The notes: generated by a model from the sequence alone, not told the origin. A stretch of 63,705 nt of DNA, filler included, from Rhabdomonas costata (GCA_019059605.1; 38 parts of 38 records of this genome joined end to end with filler, not necessarily neighbours in it), one strand, 5' to 3'. Numbered from the whole stretch's first letter, positions 38,381 to 51,952 are shown. Numbers and translations: made by a program.

Positions 38381-41300
38381 TCTGGTATGAGTGCCCTTCT
38401 GCGACTCACCCTTCATATTTTTGGGCTCCTTTCGCTTCTCTTTCAACCTGTGAGATCCTAAGACCTCCCGTTTCTGACCACACGGTGAGCAAACCCTCGC
38501 AAAAGACGCTAGGCGTCTCCTGCACACCAAACCCCNNNNNNNNNNNNNNNNNNNNNNNNNNNNNNNNNNNNNNNNNNNNTTAATTAATTAANNNNNNNNN
38601 NNNNNNNNNNNNNNNNNNNNNNNNNNNNNNNNNNNGAATTAGGTGCTGTGTTTGTGGAAAGACCTCGAAAGCATCCTTTTACAACACGGTAGGATGTAAC
38701 TTCGGGACTCAATTTTGTAGCCCAAACTCTGACCCGGCTTTTGGCGGAAAAATACCAAGAGGGGGCGTGGGGGAGAGGTGACCTGATCTACAGCGCCAAG
38801 ATTGCGCTGCGATGCATATGGTAATGTACCGAACGCGGTCCCTCAGTGGTGGAGACAAGCCCGAAGCAGGGCAGCACCCACACCTCTGCGGCGGAGCACT
38901 GCGGAAAAGAGCACCCCGAAAAGAAAAGTGACAACCAGGGGGCGACATACCTTTGGGAACGCAAAAAAGGATGTATTAATGCCTTCTGTTGTTGTTGAAG
39001 ATGGAAAAGAATCTATTCCAACACGACACTCGTGGGAGGCACTGACAAGGTTTGCTGAAAGGGTGCAGCGGTACCGCTCCGTTCCTGTAATCCGTCAAGG
39101 ATTCGGGAATCCAGGCACTCCCTTCCCCCCCCCCTTTGTGACTGGAGGGAACCCTTCTCTCGAGACATGAAAATAAATGTATTTGGGGTAATGTGTCCTC
39201 ATGCCAGGCCCCGCTTAGCTCTGCAAAAAAATCGGCAGACCACTGCCCGACAACCATAAAACCTTCTTAGTCTCATCGTTGCCCAAAGTAACCGAGCATG
39301 AGAAATCGCACGGCAGGGTTGGCCAATTTTTTACGCTTTTCGGGGAAAATTGTTTTACGACTTCTTCACATCCTTTTACGTTTTGACATTGACGGTTTTC
39401 CATAATATCAAAGAAAAAGCTGGATAAAACAAGGGGAAACAAAAACCTGAGGCACATGAAGGGGAAACCACGCACCGAAAATGGGAAATGTCAGCCACAG
39501 GACTGAGGTTCTCGGAGGCCGCTGTAGTCGTCGTCAAACCCCGGCACAATGCCGGGTTCTAGGTTATCAAGACCGACAATTGAAAACTCGAAAAAGGATC
39601 TATTGAGAAGAAAGCATCAAAAACCAAGAAAAAAGCTCAAAATTCCGGTATATGGCACTCATCCTGATGCTACAGGTCACTACCGGGAACGAAGAATTCT
39701 AATCACACGACTGAGTGACAAACCATAACTTCTAGCAAAGAAAAGACCATGTATTTACGAGGCTGTGAATCTCTACACTAGGCGGCCGCTGTGGTGCAAT
39801 ACCCAACACTACTCTCCAAACAAATGCAAACTTATGCGCACCCCCGTGCAATCTTAGCATGATGCATTTTCTCGTGAGTCCATTGTACTGGTAAACCGCC
39901 CTCATGAAGATATGCGGACAGTAAAAAGAACATTCGCCATTCCTCGATTTCATCTCCAAGCTTTAGCTGAGACAAAGCTTAGAGCCACAACCATGAATCC
40001 CCCCACCAGCAGTCACCAGTGGGGTAAACGCATAGCATTTACCCACTCACTTTCCTGTCCCCCGCCCGCCAACACTGCAAAGCCATAGTAGCAGCTACGC
40101 AGTGCGTTCGATGTGGGCAAGGCAAAGCATATGATAAGTCTACAAGCGGGCCATACTAACTTGTGGAAGGGTAGGGGGGACAACGGTTACCAAAAAAGGA
40201 AACACAAAACAACNNNNNNNNNNNNNNNNNNNNNNNNNNNNNNNNNNNNNNNNNNNNTTAATTAATTAANNNNNNNNNNNNNNNNNNNNNNNNNNNNNNN
40301 NNNNNNNNNNNNNCAAAGGCCGTCTCAATGCCGAGCCGCTGACGTGCCGTGGTCGTGGCTCCGGGCGTCACCGATCGTCATTGGCCCCTCTAATTTCTTG
40401 GCTGTGGTGTTTTGCATGGGCCATACTGGGGCAGTGTCCGTCCAAAATCGTCTGTGTAAAAAAAGGCGCTTAAAGGAAAATACGGCGCTCAAAACAAGGA
40501 GTACAGCAAACTTTCGGGTAATTAGTATACAAAGTTCGTGGGGCAAGCAACGCGAGAGGCAGCAGCGACGGGAATACGACGAAGAACAAGAACAAAAAAC
40601 ACCAGAGGAGGCAGGTGCACGCGCCAAGGGGCCCAAGGAAACCAGACAAACATGACAAGGAAGGAACGGGGTGAGCCGCTCCCCCTCTGGAAAGGTGGTA
40701 CACCGAAACAAAGCAAACCCGTCGCTGCAGGACACAGGTGCCGAACGGGAAGGTTGCTGCCAAACAAAATGCCGAGTTATCCTAAGAAACGCTCAATCAA
40801 GGCATCGAACTGGATACACTGGTGCAGGTCAATTTCAGAGGCACAGTAAATACTTTGCGTGCTTTCAAAAAGCACTTCATCGCCGGTGAGCTCCCCAAGG
40901 CCGGAAGGGTTTGTGACCTGGATGCTCTTCGGCCAATAGTATAGGGGCGCGATGGCAAAAAAGGAAGAGCTGGGTTAGAGGTACGGTTAAATCGACGGCA
41001 GCCATATAATATTTGTACCGTAGGAGGTTGGAGCTGCTTGGCGTCTGACCTCTGGTTGTCCAAAAATCCATGCAAACAGATATACTCGCATGTCATATCC
41101 CCAGCCACTGCCTAATTTGCAACTTCTAATCAGAAACCCAAGACGAAACCGAGTAGTTATAAACTCCCTATACACATGTGTGAGTACAGGATCAATCAGA
41201 GACAGAATCTCAAGGAATGGTGCAACTATAGGAACGAAAACGTCAACTGGACAAGGGTGTTCCCCAGCGCACGGGTAAAGGGGACCGTTTGTGACATGGG

Positions 41301-42500
41301 TGAAGGAAACAAAAAGAGAACAGGAAAAGGAAACCCACTCTATTCAGCGTAGGATTAAAAACAGGAACACACAACAGCCAAGCCAACGCATCACTGAGAC
41401 TTTTGAGGAAAGAACGCTGCGCTGCAGTGCTGGAATGAAATCTGCTGTGGTATAAACTACTGACGAGAGCTTTCGACGGACCACAGTATAAATCCCCAAT
41501 GGCGGTCATTGTGAAAAAACAGTGCAGGTGAGCGACTGCGGCGTGGATTGCTGGCGGGTGGGTGCGATGCCGAGAGCGCGTGGGCATTGCTTGCGGCTGC
41601 GGCCGTGGAGATCTGCGCGGGGTAAGTGCGGTAAGGGCACATTTGCCGAGCAAAACCACTCGTATCGACACTCCACATAACCACTAGGAAACCGAGCTCG
41701 CTTGTCGTAGCATACTCCCTCAGCTAAAAAAGGAAATCGGGCGCGAACCTTTTGGAAAAGGAGCTAAACAGTTTCGGGGCGATCCAATTTGGGTTTCCAG
41801 GTGCTTCGCGATTGCAGTTTTTCCCGCAACTTTGCACGGAAGGCCATAATTACTTCCACTCCCACAGTTGTCTCAATGCAAAACCCACCCCCNNNNNNNN
41901 NNNNNNNNNNNNNNNNNNNNNNNNNNNNNNNNNNNNTTAATTAATTAANNNNNNNNNNNNNNNNNNNNNNNNNNNNNNNNNNNNNNNNNNNNTGTTGGGG
42001 GGTTCAAAAAAATGCTTGACCAGGGGGCAAGAAACAGATGCGCCCAAAGGTCTCAAAGTCTCCGCATACCGTACGTTTACTGGTGCTACACGCGATTAGC
42101 GTTGTACACCGCTCTCTGCTTGTGCGGTGGGCAAAAGCTTTACTGAGACACACATCATCAGGAAGCCCTAACCCTTGCTGAAGGAAACGGGTCCCAGTTC
42201 CCAACTAGAGGGTTCAGAGAAAGGTACTTCAAGTCGAAGTCTTTTTTCTCGCTGCAACACTTACCAAAAGTACACCTCTTTAATGGACTTCTGGTGATTT
42301 GCAGGTCGTTGTGGGTTATTGCTCGGGGAAATGAACTCGCGAACTGATGGTGATGAGGTGCAGGGAATTCAAAGCAGCGCAAGGGACTGAAGACTGACGA
42401 GAGAAGGAAGAGACTGAAGTGGAGATCGAGCAACATCTAAGTAACTCACAATCAATCATTGCAGTAGAGACAAGAAGGAGGAGGGGACAAGAGGCAGCGC

Positions 42501-43289
42501 CCGGCGATATACCGCTTCCTGGTGTCGCGGTGGTTCATGCCCAGCTTCCATTGCGCACCGGGACCGTACTTCTCCTCGATCGACCTCACCACGCTATACA
42601 GCAGGGCCTCTCCTGAAGGGCAATGAAGAGCGTCAAAAGTCTTCGTGATGCGTGTTGGGAACACAAGACATCGGTCACTGAAATGACTGTCGACCGGCGC
42701 GGGCTTCACTGTGTGCAACCGCCAGCTGTTGAAACCCCATGGGCCAAATTTTTTCAGCGATTTTCTTGGGCGAGGTTGGCATCATGTTCCCGGCATGGGG
42801 TAGGTGGTGATGTGTACCCTTCTTGCTCGTGGGACCGTTTTTGAGCGGGAATGCCACTCTGCACACGGACCCCACGCAAAAGCCCCACAGCTTTTCATGG
42901 CTTGAGGAAAGTAAGTGGGGTTCTGGAGGATGTAACGGAACGTTCCCGCAATCGATCGTCGTCAAACGGGGGCTGAATGTATCATAAGTCTGACGTTTGT
43001 GGTCCCGCCCATTTCTAAAACGCCCCAAAAAGCACAGCGGACTGCAAGCAAGGCGGGGAAAGAAGGAGCTAAGGAATGTAAGGGGAAGGCTGCCATCTGC
43101 CAGGGGGAAATTCTGGGTCCCCATAAGCACGCAAAGCTTGAACCCCTCCGTCTTGCGCATCTCCAGCTTGGTGCGAATCTCGGTGCGGATGGTGTTGACC
43201 GTGTCCCCTTCTCGGACGATCAAATAAAACGGGATGCCATGGAAGAGGTGCGGGGCTGGCGTCTTGCTGTCGAAGTGAACCACTTGAAC
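42501..43289 (-). CDS. USP7: USP7/UBP12-13-like deubiquitinase, C-terminal UBL region (2 exons)
   Basis: Exon 43289-43094 (VQVVHF...HGIPFYLIVREGDTVNTIRTEIRTKL...FKLCV; GC donor) and exon 42612 to about 42501 (WKLGMNHRD). Confidence 0.8.
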
Positions 43290-44040
43290 CTGTACCGAGG
43301 AAAGGCACAACAAGAAAAAAGTAACAAATAATTTCGACGGTTATTTTATTATTATTGCTGCACATCAGAAGCAGATCTGAGTCATTTATCAACTAACCCA
43401 GTGTCGAATGTGACTGGCTTCCGATTCCGATGCGGTCGATAAGGCCCATTTCCTCGAACATACTATTTTGTGAAAGAAATCCTTGAATCGGGCCGCATCG
43501 GAGCGGTGGTATATGCTGTTCTAATAGATCCGCAATTTCCTAAAAAAAAACACCACACACACCCACCACANNNNNNNNNNNNNNNNNNNNNNNNNNNNNN
43601 NNNNNNNNNNNNNNTTAATTAATTAANNNNNNNNNNNNNNNNNNNNNNNNNNNNNNNNNNNNNNNNNNNNGTGTTGTTTGGACTATCTGCTTGCCAAGAC
43701 TCAAGCGTTCCGATAGACACAGGGCTATGCAGAGGTGAAAGTCACTCATTGTGTTATAGGGTTCTGGGCCGCGAATCCAAGAACTCATCCTAGTAAACGC
43801 GGAGGCAAAGCTTCGAGTCAACCGCTGCACGTTCAGCGGAACACGTGGCCGTACAGCATTAGACCATGGGTTTGTGATCTTTGTAAAAATCCCACAACAA
43901 TGGCATTGTTGAAGAGGCTGACGTCATGTACTTGCGTGGGTGCACGAGGCGACCAGTGCTCCTGCATTTGCCCTAGCTACTCATTTCAGTAACTGCAGAT
44001 TGCACCATGAAGCAGATTTACAACGTTTTTCATTTGAAAA

Positions 44041-45171
44041 TTTGAGGATTTTGTGAAATCAAATCCCAGCATGATACAAACTTGTGATCAAACAGCGGCT
44101 CCTAGAAGAAATGGTAAACGTATTCCAAAACGATGACGTGGATAGCCTCTTTGAGGTCATCGATCCAGCTTCTTGTGGGATATGTTTAGGTTACTTTCGC
44201 TGTGATACTTGACGCCTAGGATGGACGTAGCGCAGCGAAGGACATCCTGACATCTTCTTCTTCTCTTATCTTCTTCACTCTTACATGGCTGTGAGGAACG
44301 GAATCGCGTTGCGGTGTAGTGACGAACAACGCATGTAGGGACCGTCTAAGATACCCTTCTTCCTTCGTGACTGAGAGTACCACCTTAGGGTGGGAAGCGA
44401 AAAAACCACGCATCTAGGAGGGATGACGGAACGCAGTGAAGGCATCCCGACACCAAGAACCTCAGAACCCCATGAGGCATCTTCTATACGTGTCACTCCT
44501 CTCCACTCCCCCACCACGTGGAGATCCGTCCGGGCGTAGCCATGCAGAAGCCCTTACATTGGGTTCATCTTGAGTGGTTCAGCATCAGGAGTGGATGTCG
44601 AGAGCATCGGGGCATCCACGACAGCGTTAAACAAGCTGATACCTCTGCCTCCGTGTGTCGTCACTTCACCACCTTACGATGGTTACATGCCTCCCTCCTC
44701 CTCAACCCCTCCCTTATGCATAGGCATTGGGGTTGGAGGCTGAGATTCAGGGTAGCATCGTAGGGTTAGCGTTACTCCTCACTTACCCTTACGCATCTCC
44801 CTCTCTCTTGCTAACGTGTGGCCGCTGCCCTCTCATCCCTAATGCATCGCGTCAGGAACTCAGGGTGTGCTTGCTTGCTCCCTCTGACTGCAGCGGCCAC
44901 CATCAGCATACCACGACCAGCACACGCTCTGTCTCTCCTTCCACTGTCAGCCTAACCCTACCAACCCACCCCTGTATGTCTAGTGGTGGTGGTGAGGTTG
45001 TGGGGATTGAGCCCTTGTGTGGTTCTGTGGCGGAGTAGTTGGTGAGTGAGAGGGAGCAAAGGCATACCCCTACGCTGATGCTTAGGTTCTCAACCTCCAT
45101 CTGACACGCTGCAACATCCTCCTACACGTGGTCATGGTGGTCCTTCTACGCGTATGTCTTACTTCCTACGC
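44041..45171. other. Motif scaffold and cassette homologous to contig 1; candidate mitochondrial chromosome piece
   Basis: Six motifs occur in the same order as in 718-1439. The variable cassette spans about 44942-45053. Confidence 0.4.
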
Positions 45172-45384
45172 TACTACAGTAAGGGTGTGTGTTCCCTCTG
45201 TGTAGGTAGGGTGCATAGCATGACCGTAGCGTTACTGTCACCACACACNNNNNNNNNNNNNNNNNNNNNNNNNNNNNNNNNNNNNNNNNNNNTTAATTAA
45301 TTAANNNNNNNNNNNNNNNNNNNNNNNNNNNNNNNNNNNNNNNNNNNNTGTGGTTTGTTTTTCCGTTTCTCTTGCGTTTCTCAG

Positions 45385-46700
45385 CCATTCACATTGACTA
45401 TGGCAACCGCCCCGAGAGTCGCGCAGAGGCCGACTTTCTGGAAAGTCCGAGCCTATCTCCCTCCCTTCCAGCTCTTTTAACCCTACTGCATCCTTGCCCG
45501 TCATTTCCTGAGTTCACAATCCAGACGGCTGAAGTTCTGGCATTTTTTCATTTGTTTTTATTGTGAAGACGAGGCATTTTGTTTTTAACAGACAGTCAGT
45601 GTTGCGGACAGTTGGGATGAAAAGTAGGAGGAAAGGTAGGCCGTAGGTGGTGGTAGGCGGTTTTATTTTTTTGCATCTTTACAGGCTGGTGCGCGGAACA
45701 TGAGGTGGTGTTCCGGAAGCGCACCATTACGGAGTGCAAGAGAGGGGTTGCTGCCCCTGCACTTTCCTTTCCCTTTTCCATTCTTTCTATTTTACCCTCC
45801 GCCATATTTCACACAGCGGAGGATGTCTGGTAAAAAGGCCTTGCTTTTGTTTTGTTGAATTGGTTGTCTGAACAACTCTCTTTTGAACATTTTACGCTGA
45901 TCAGGGGGTGCACATCACATCGTGAAGTAAGAACTTATGGTTTGACGGTACAAGAGGATATTCACCGCAAAAAAAAGCCAGCATTTGAAAGTCATGGTGA
46001 AAAAACTCCATATGGGAATTCGCTGCGCACTACATTCCCTTGCTTTTAGGGTGTTGCTTTACAAAGCTCACGTCACTCATTCATTTGAGGATTGGTTGCA
46101 GAAAGGCTGGCTTCTGAAAAGTTGCAAAAGGTGCAAAAGTTGAGTCTTCAGGACACCCCCCGCCTGCACAAAGGTTACTCCTAGGGACGAGTATGAGAAG
46201 TTGTCCCGCGAAATCCGGTTCTCCTTCTACACTGAGGTGATGCGGGAATTCAACTTCCGGGCAGTCATGTTCGGGCACCACCAAGGGTATGGTGGACGGT
46301 ACTTTTTGCCGGGTTGTATGCGTCTCAGCTCTCCTGGAGGAAGCGGTCTGCTGTTTTACAACTGCCTACTGTACTAACGTGCCTCGTTGAAGACACAATT
46401 CGTGCGGTGCCCCCAGAGCTGGGCTTTTGCCAGACCTCTGGGGTAACGTGGGGGCCCTACCTTCGTGACAGCGTGGAACTTGCGACCAGAGTTAAAGAAG
46501 CGTCGAGCTCTGAGGGTTCTTTTGGCACCCGTGAACACAGAGCACTAATTGTGCAATACGTGCGTCCCCCAACCTCACCTTCTGCCATTGTCTCGTTTCC
46601 CCCTCTGCCGGCGGTGTGAACAGCGATGTGCAAGAGAACGTCATCTCCAATCTGATGAAGCGCTGCCAGCTTCTGGACATCTCTGGGATGGATTTTGAGG
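45385..46700 (+). CDS. tilS: tRNA(Ile)-lysidine synthase-like PP-loop ATPase fragment (4 exons)
   Basis: Exons 45385-45444, 45685-45746, 46174-46286 and 46624-46700 are in phase: AIHIDYGNRPESRAEADFLESWCAEH...DEYEKLSREIRFSFY...MFGHHQGDVQENVISNLMK. Confidence 0.88.
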
Positions 46701-47026
46701 GTACGCAGCCCCTCCCGAAGGGTCATAGGGTGGCATTGAGTCCCGTGGTAAAAGGAACGTGTTGGCAGGTGCTCGCTCTTAGGTGGGGAAGGTACGCCTG
46801 TACCGCCAGCTTGCGCTGTTGGGTCTTGAGCCCAGTCCGACGCGACCGGTTGCTGCTGCTCCGCATAGTTACTCTCTATTTTGGCTTTCAACGCGCCGCT
46901 TTGGGTGGGGCTGCGTACCCCCAAAANNNNNNNNNNNNNNNNNNNNNNNNNNNNNNNNNNNNNNNNNNNNTTAATTAATTAANNNNNNNNNNNNNNNNNN
47001 NNNNNNNNNNNNNNNNNNNNNNNNNN

Positions 47027-47810
47027 GTGGGGTTTTGGAAAGCGAGTGACTGGCCAATGTCGGGGAGGAATGCGAGCTCCCCTGAACCGAGGGTGAGGCG
47101 GATGCCGCCGCGGCCGAAAGGTGGAAGGACACTCCGCCGCCTCCTGTAGTGATCTCTCGAAGGCGGTCCAGGGTACTCGTTGGGATCAGGGGCCGGGCAG
47201 GGGAGCGTGGAGCGCCCAGGCTGGAGAGACGCCGCCCAGTATGGCCCACCAAAGCTCGAGCTGGGGAGCCCGCCATCATGCCACGAGAGGAGGGACGACT
47301 GTTGGAGGGATCGTCCTCTTCGAGGCAGGGCGAGCGAGGGTCTTGATTTCCGCGGTCCCCAAAAACCAGCGAGGAGCTGCTCTTCAGGAGGCTAGAGGAT
47401 GGAGCGAGTGGTCGAAGGGCTGGGGAGGACGTCTTTACTCGCGGCCCAACAATGCTGAGCCGCTTGCGGTTCAGGAGGGCTTTTCGGCCGCAGAGTTCGT
47501 CTTTGAGTGCCTTGCTGCCGGGGCTGACATCCTCGCCCAATATCTTTGAAGCTGAGTCGAAAACTTCCTTGGAGAACTCATCCGTCGAATAAATGGCACC
47601 TTGCTTTGGAGACCCAGCCGGGCTGAAGTTCGGAAGGCTGCTGCTGGTGCTCAGCAAGCAGTCTTGCGTCTCAGGAGCAAGACTCTGTGAGGGGAGTTTC
47701 CCTGTTCCCCTCATGCCCCGCCATATCGTCAGCAATTGGGCTCGCGTGGGGTCAAACTTGAACGATGGTGGCTGAGAACCGGAGGGAAGAAAATGACTCG
47801 GCAGTGGCAT
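47027..47810 (-). CDS. Ser/Pro-rich protein, N-terminal part (3' partial)
   Basis: ATG-initiated frame of about 260 codons open to the contig end. No domain recognised. Confidence 0.55.
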
Positions 47811-48747
47811 TCACTCAAAACCACTCAAAACGGGATAAAAACCGCACACTAAAGCGCCAGACCCAATTTTTCAAGAATACACCCTAGGCACATTAAGGTG
47901 CAGGAGATTTTTAATTTCACTTTTGCAAAAATCAGAAAAAATTTCACACTCCCACTGTTCAGTAATCGCACTTTCAAGTTTGCGGAGTTCCATGAGAGAC
48001 CCAGGATGTGCGACTTTCAGCACTCGCCAACGAAGCTAACCGGCATCTCTCAACGGGCCACCTTTTATGAAAAACAGCCACATATGAGGGAAAATGCATC
48101 TCCGGATCGCTCTCCCACAGCCACAGAGGGGCACCTCTTGCAGGGCGGCCTCGTAAGTAGCTTGATGCGCAGCAATATCTTGCACAACCTCTGATGATTC
48201 AGCTGAGCTACTGCTGGACAGTGGCCCTTAAACAGAGAAAACGACATGAATTTGAAAACAAAGTCTATGTACCTAACCGGCATGGTTGTGCACAGGTTAT
48301 TCTGGGCACAACACCCCGGAAGCGCCGATCCTGAGCCACGTCAATAAAAGTAAAAGTGCTCGGTTTCAAGAACCGCATCTGCTCATCCCTCTTTCAGCAA
48401 GACAACTATACCGGAGTGAGAGAAAGGAAAACGCTGAAATAAAGCGTACGTAACCAAAGAGAACTTGACAAGAAGGAGACAGGAGAGTAAACAAACCGTC
48501 AATGAATATGTCACAACTCCATGGCAGAGGCACTGATCGTACTCAATGCAACACCCCCAAAGCACGCGAAAGAATACTCCCCCGAATTTCGGACAAACAA
48601 AACCNNNNNNNNNNNNNNNNNNNNNNNNNNNNNNNNNNNNNNNNNNNNTTAATTAATTAANNNNNNNNNNNNNNNNNNNNNNNNNNNNNNNNNNNNNNNN
48701 NNNNGGTTTTTGGTGTAGGGATCCGTTCTGCAAACAAAAATTAACAG

Positions 48748-49935
48748 GAGAAAGAGGCTCTGGCCAAGCTGCGGGCGGAGGCCCAGACCACTCAGGACCT
48801 CTCTGCGGAGCTTCGGGCGAAGCACGACGAGAAGGTCGGGGAGCTGGAGCACCAGCGTGAGGAGCTTGAGCAGGTGCCTTGCGAGTGCGTGGAACTGATG
48901 TGGCAGTAGCCTCAGAGAGATAAGCGGGTGTGGAGGATAGCTGCAGCGAAGGAGCGCAGGGCGGACTTGGAGGTTACAGCTATATGGATGAAAGGCAATG
49001 AATTTGATAAGAGATGAGGCTGGTCTGTAGAGGTCAAGCCCGAAACGTTGCGTTGGCGATGCAGACAAGGATGAGCAGCAGAGAATGAGCTGTGCAGGGT
49101 AAGCGGAGAAAACTGGCTGCGGCTTTTCCCTGGCACCCTCGGTTCATGCAATGTGGCAGTTCAATTAGAGTTAGAATGTGTAGAGAGATGAGCCTATCAA
49201 GATGATTGTACACGACATGGAGCAACGAACGAGCGCAGCCCATTCTAGTCAAGTACTCTTTTTTTTTGGGGGGGGGGTCGTACCTCACGATTGCGTTGAA
49301 ACGCCAGGATGCGCCACAGCCGCCCTAAAGAGCCTTTGGAGCTTGCTGTGAACAATGGGATGCCACCCGCTCTTGCTATTTGTGGTTTTGTGTCAAGACA
49401 TGAACCGGAGGGTGGGATTTCGATTCAGATGCTGAACGCTCACCGCACGAAGCTGAAGGCCCTTGTCCCCGAGCAGGCTGAGGTGGACCGGATGAAGACC
49501 GACCTCAGCCGGGAGCTGGCTGCCGCTCAGGCGGTTTCGCTTCACTGCCTCCCGCCCACCACCTCAAGCGCTCACCACAAGAGTGAGACATTTGGTTTTT
49601 CTTATGGGGGGGCGCTGTTAACCGCTTTGGGATCGCTTTGAATAGCATTAGTGAGGCCGGGGCTTGTCCAGAGCGTAGTTTGCTGCGCGGCCCGATTGCC
49701 CGGATGAGTCAGGACGTGCAACGCTCCCTTTGCAACTGCTCATTGACCACAGGTGGTACGCTGGTCCGAAATGGGCTTTTCCTGTTTGTCTTTTCAGGAG
49801 AGGGCCTCGATGGCGTCAGCGCAGCAGGCGCTGGCCGAGGGCATGGAGGAGTTGGCACGGCAACGCGAGGACGTGCAGCGGCTGAAGGCGGAGTGGGAGC
49901 ACCAGCAGGCGCTCGAGCGCGCGGCCGCCACCAAG
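48748..49935 (+). CDS. Coiled-coil protein fragment (3 phase-0 exons)
   Basis: Exons 48748-48873, 49429-49530 (or 49533) and 49798-49935, all E/Q/A/L/R heptad-like. Confidence 0.75.
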
Positions 49936-50657
49936 GTTCAAATCCCGCACCAGCCTTAAAAGCTCCCCCTTAACCACTCAGTTTAGGCGCACTCCTCTTG
50001 GGTACTCAGTGGCTCCGCTGAGGCGCATAAACGTTTTTGTTCCCGGGGCCGTGTTCCGGCGTTGTACCTTTTAGCAATTTCCGTTTTGTTGCCAAGCCCC
50101 AAATACCTGCAAGAGAATTGTCTAAAGGCCCCCTGCTCCCCGACAAGTCTGCCTGAGAGCTACCAGTATAATTACAATGATGCTCTCTTTTATGCGGAAG
50201 TTTATCATCAAAAACAGATACGCTTTGGGGGATGGGGGTGGGGGGCACAACAACGTTTTGGAACGGGTTGGGTCAGCTTCACNNNNNNNNNNNNNNNNNN
50301 NNNNNNNNNNNNNNNNNNNNNNNNNNTTAATTAATTAANNNNNNNNNNNNNNNNNNNNNNNNNNNNNNNNNNNNNNNNNNNNGTGGGGGGGGTGCTAATC
50401 CCGGTTTGCGGCTTGTCCCTGGACCTGAGCCATCGTGACAAGTACGCTTTCCTGTGTGGCTTTCAAGCAATTTTCTACGCATGCGCTATAAAGGAATAGA
50501 CTTGACTTGAGTCGACGCTCCTGGGCGGCTGCTCGATTACATTGGACCGCTGTATTTTGAATGGTCTCTTATTAGAAGATGTGATTTGTCAATGGTGGTT
50601 ATAGTGAAGATATGTTCTCGTCGTTACTCCACAGTTGGTTCTTCGTTGGAAGAGGAT

Positions 50658-51730
50658 ATGGGCTGCTCAGGCAGCCGGAACGCTCGCCTGCCATCCCAGA
50701 TGTATGTCAGTCATTCTGGCACCCGTGGGACTGCTGCCCGTGGCTCGTCAGAGACCTCTCTCACTGATCGGCCCGCAGCTGTGCCTGCGGACCCTTTGGG
50801 TTGCAGAGAATTGATCACTGCTCCCACTGAATCTTCACCGCCGTGCGCAAACCCTGCTGAAGGGCTTTCACCAGAGCAAGCTTGTGGCGTGGCCACCGCT
50901 CCGGAGCAACATGTCAGTAGTCCGGCATTCACTCCGCACGATGCCCTTCTGCCGGGCCAAGTTCCACACCTGCCTGCTCGTGGTGCTGGTCCGTTTCCAC
51001 ATGCCGAGCAAAAGAATGGGCTTCCTTCGGGGATAGGTTTTATTATTTTATTTATTATATTTATGGCTTTTATGGCCCTTTCGCGTCAGTTCTGCACCGC
51101 TTTGGTGGGATACTGGGATCGAACGGCCTTTGTTATATTACTGTCTCAGTGTCTCAGTGAGAATGCACAGGGTGCCACGTGGAATGAGGCAAATGATGCA
51201 ATGATTTGCGCAACTTCCGCTGTGTGGAGTGTTTAGCAAGAAAGAATGTGACTGGGCTCCGTTTTGAATTCGTTCCCTTTCTTCGCTGACGGAAAGAATA
51301 TCCTTCAAGCGGACCTCACCAATACTCTAACGGAAGGCTTGAAGTTTCAAGAAGCGGTACAGAGGTGACACGTGCACCCCCCGGAATTCCAGAAGCATTG
51401 CAAGTGGGTTCGGGTCGGGCGATAAAAGCTTCGCTCTCCCTTATTTTTTTTCGTGACTCCTTTATGGTCGAAGCAGACAAAACTGATGAGATAGGATGAG
51501 AATGATGCAGTGCTCTTCTCACACAGCCAGAAATGTTGCTACGGAACCCGAGCAGCGCAGCCTTGTCGGTGTCCCCGCTGCGGTGGACGTGCTGGTGGAG
51601 CTCCTCTGCCCCGATTCCGCAAGCGAATCCTCTGAGGCAGCCCAGCAAGCGGCCTTCACGGCTGCCCTTCAGGTGCTGGAGGCCCTGGCAAAGGGCATGC
51701 CGCAGATGACGCTGTTGTCTTTGACGCAGG
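50658..51730 (+). CDS. Protein with N-terminal dual-acylation motif (MGCSGS) followed by a helical, ARM-like region
   Basis: Exon 50658-51036 joins in phase to an exon starting at 51527. The 3' end is uncertain. Confidence 0.6.
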
Positions 51731-51779
51731 CCAAGGCGCTCTCCCACAGTCTGAGCACAGCTGGCGCGGCGGTATTGTC

Positions 51780-51952
51780 GTCAGGAGGCCTTGCCGAATG
51801 CTTGCAGGGAAACTTTTCCTCCCAAATGTGCCCACACGAAAAGGGAGGGTTTTTGACATATAAAACGGAATCTGAAAAACAGATGTCCCATTTCGTGTGG
51901 GCACATTTGGGAGGAAAAGTTTCCCTGCAAGCATTCGGCAAGGCCTCCTGAC
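51780..51952. repeat. Terminal fold-back inverted repeat (62-bp arms)
   Basis: 51780-51841 versus 51891-51952. Confidence 0.9.

Noticed and set aside
38636-41892. Short ORFs in contigs 24-25 (and similarly contigs 2, 19, 21, 33)
   Set aside because: No recognisable domains or consistent exon chains; probably intronic or intergenic.
44951-44960. CCTAACCCTA as telomeric repeat
   Set aside because: Fewer than two units and no array.
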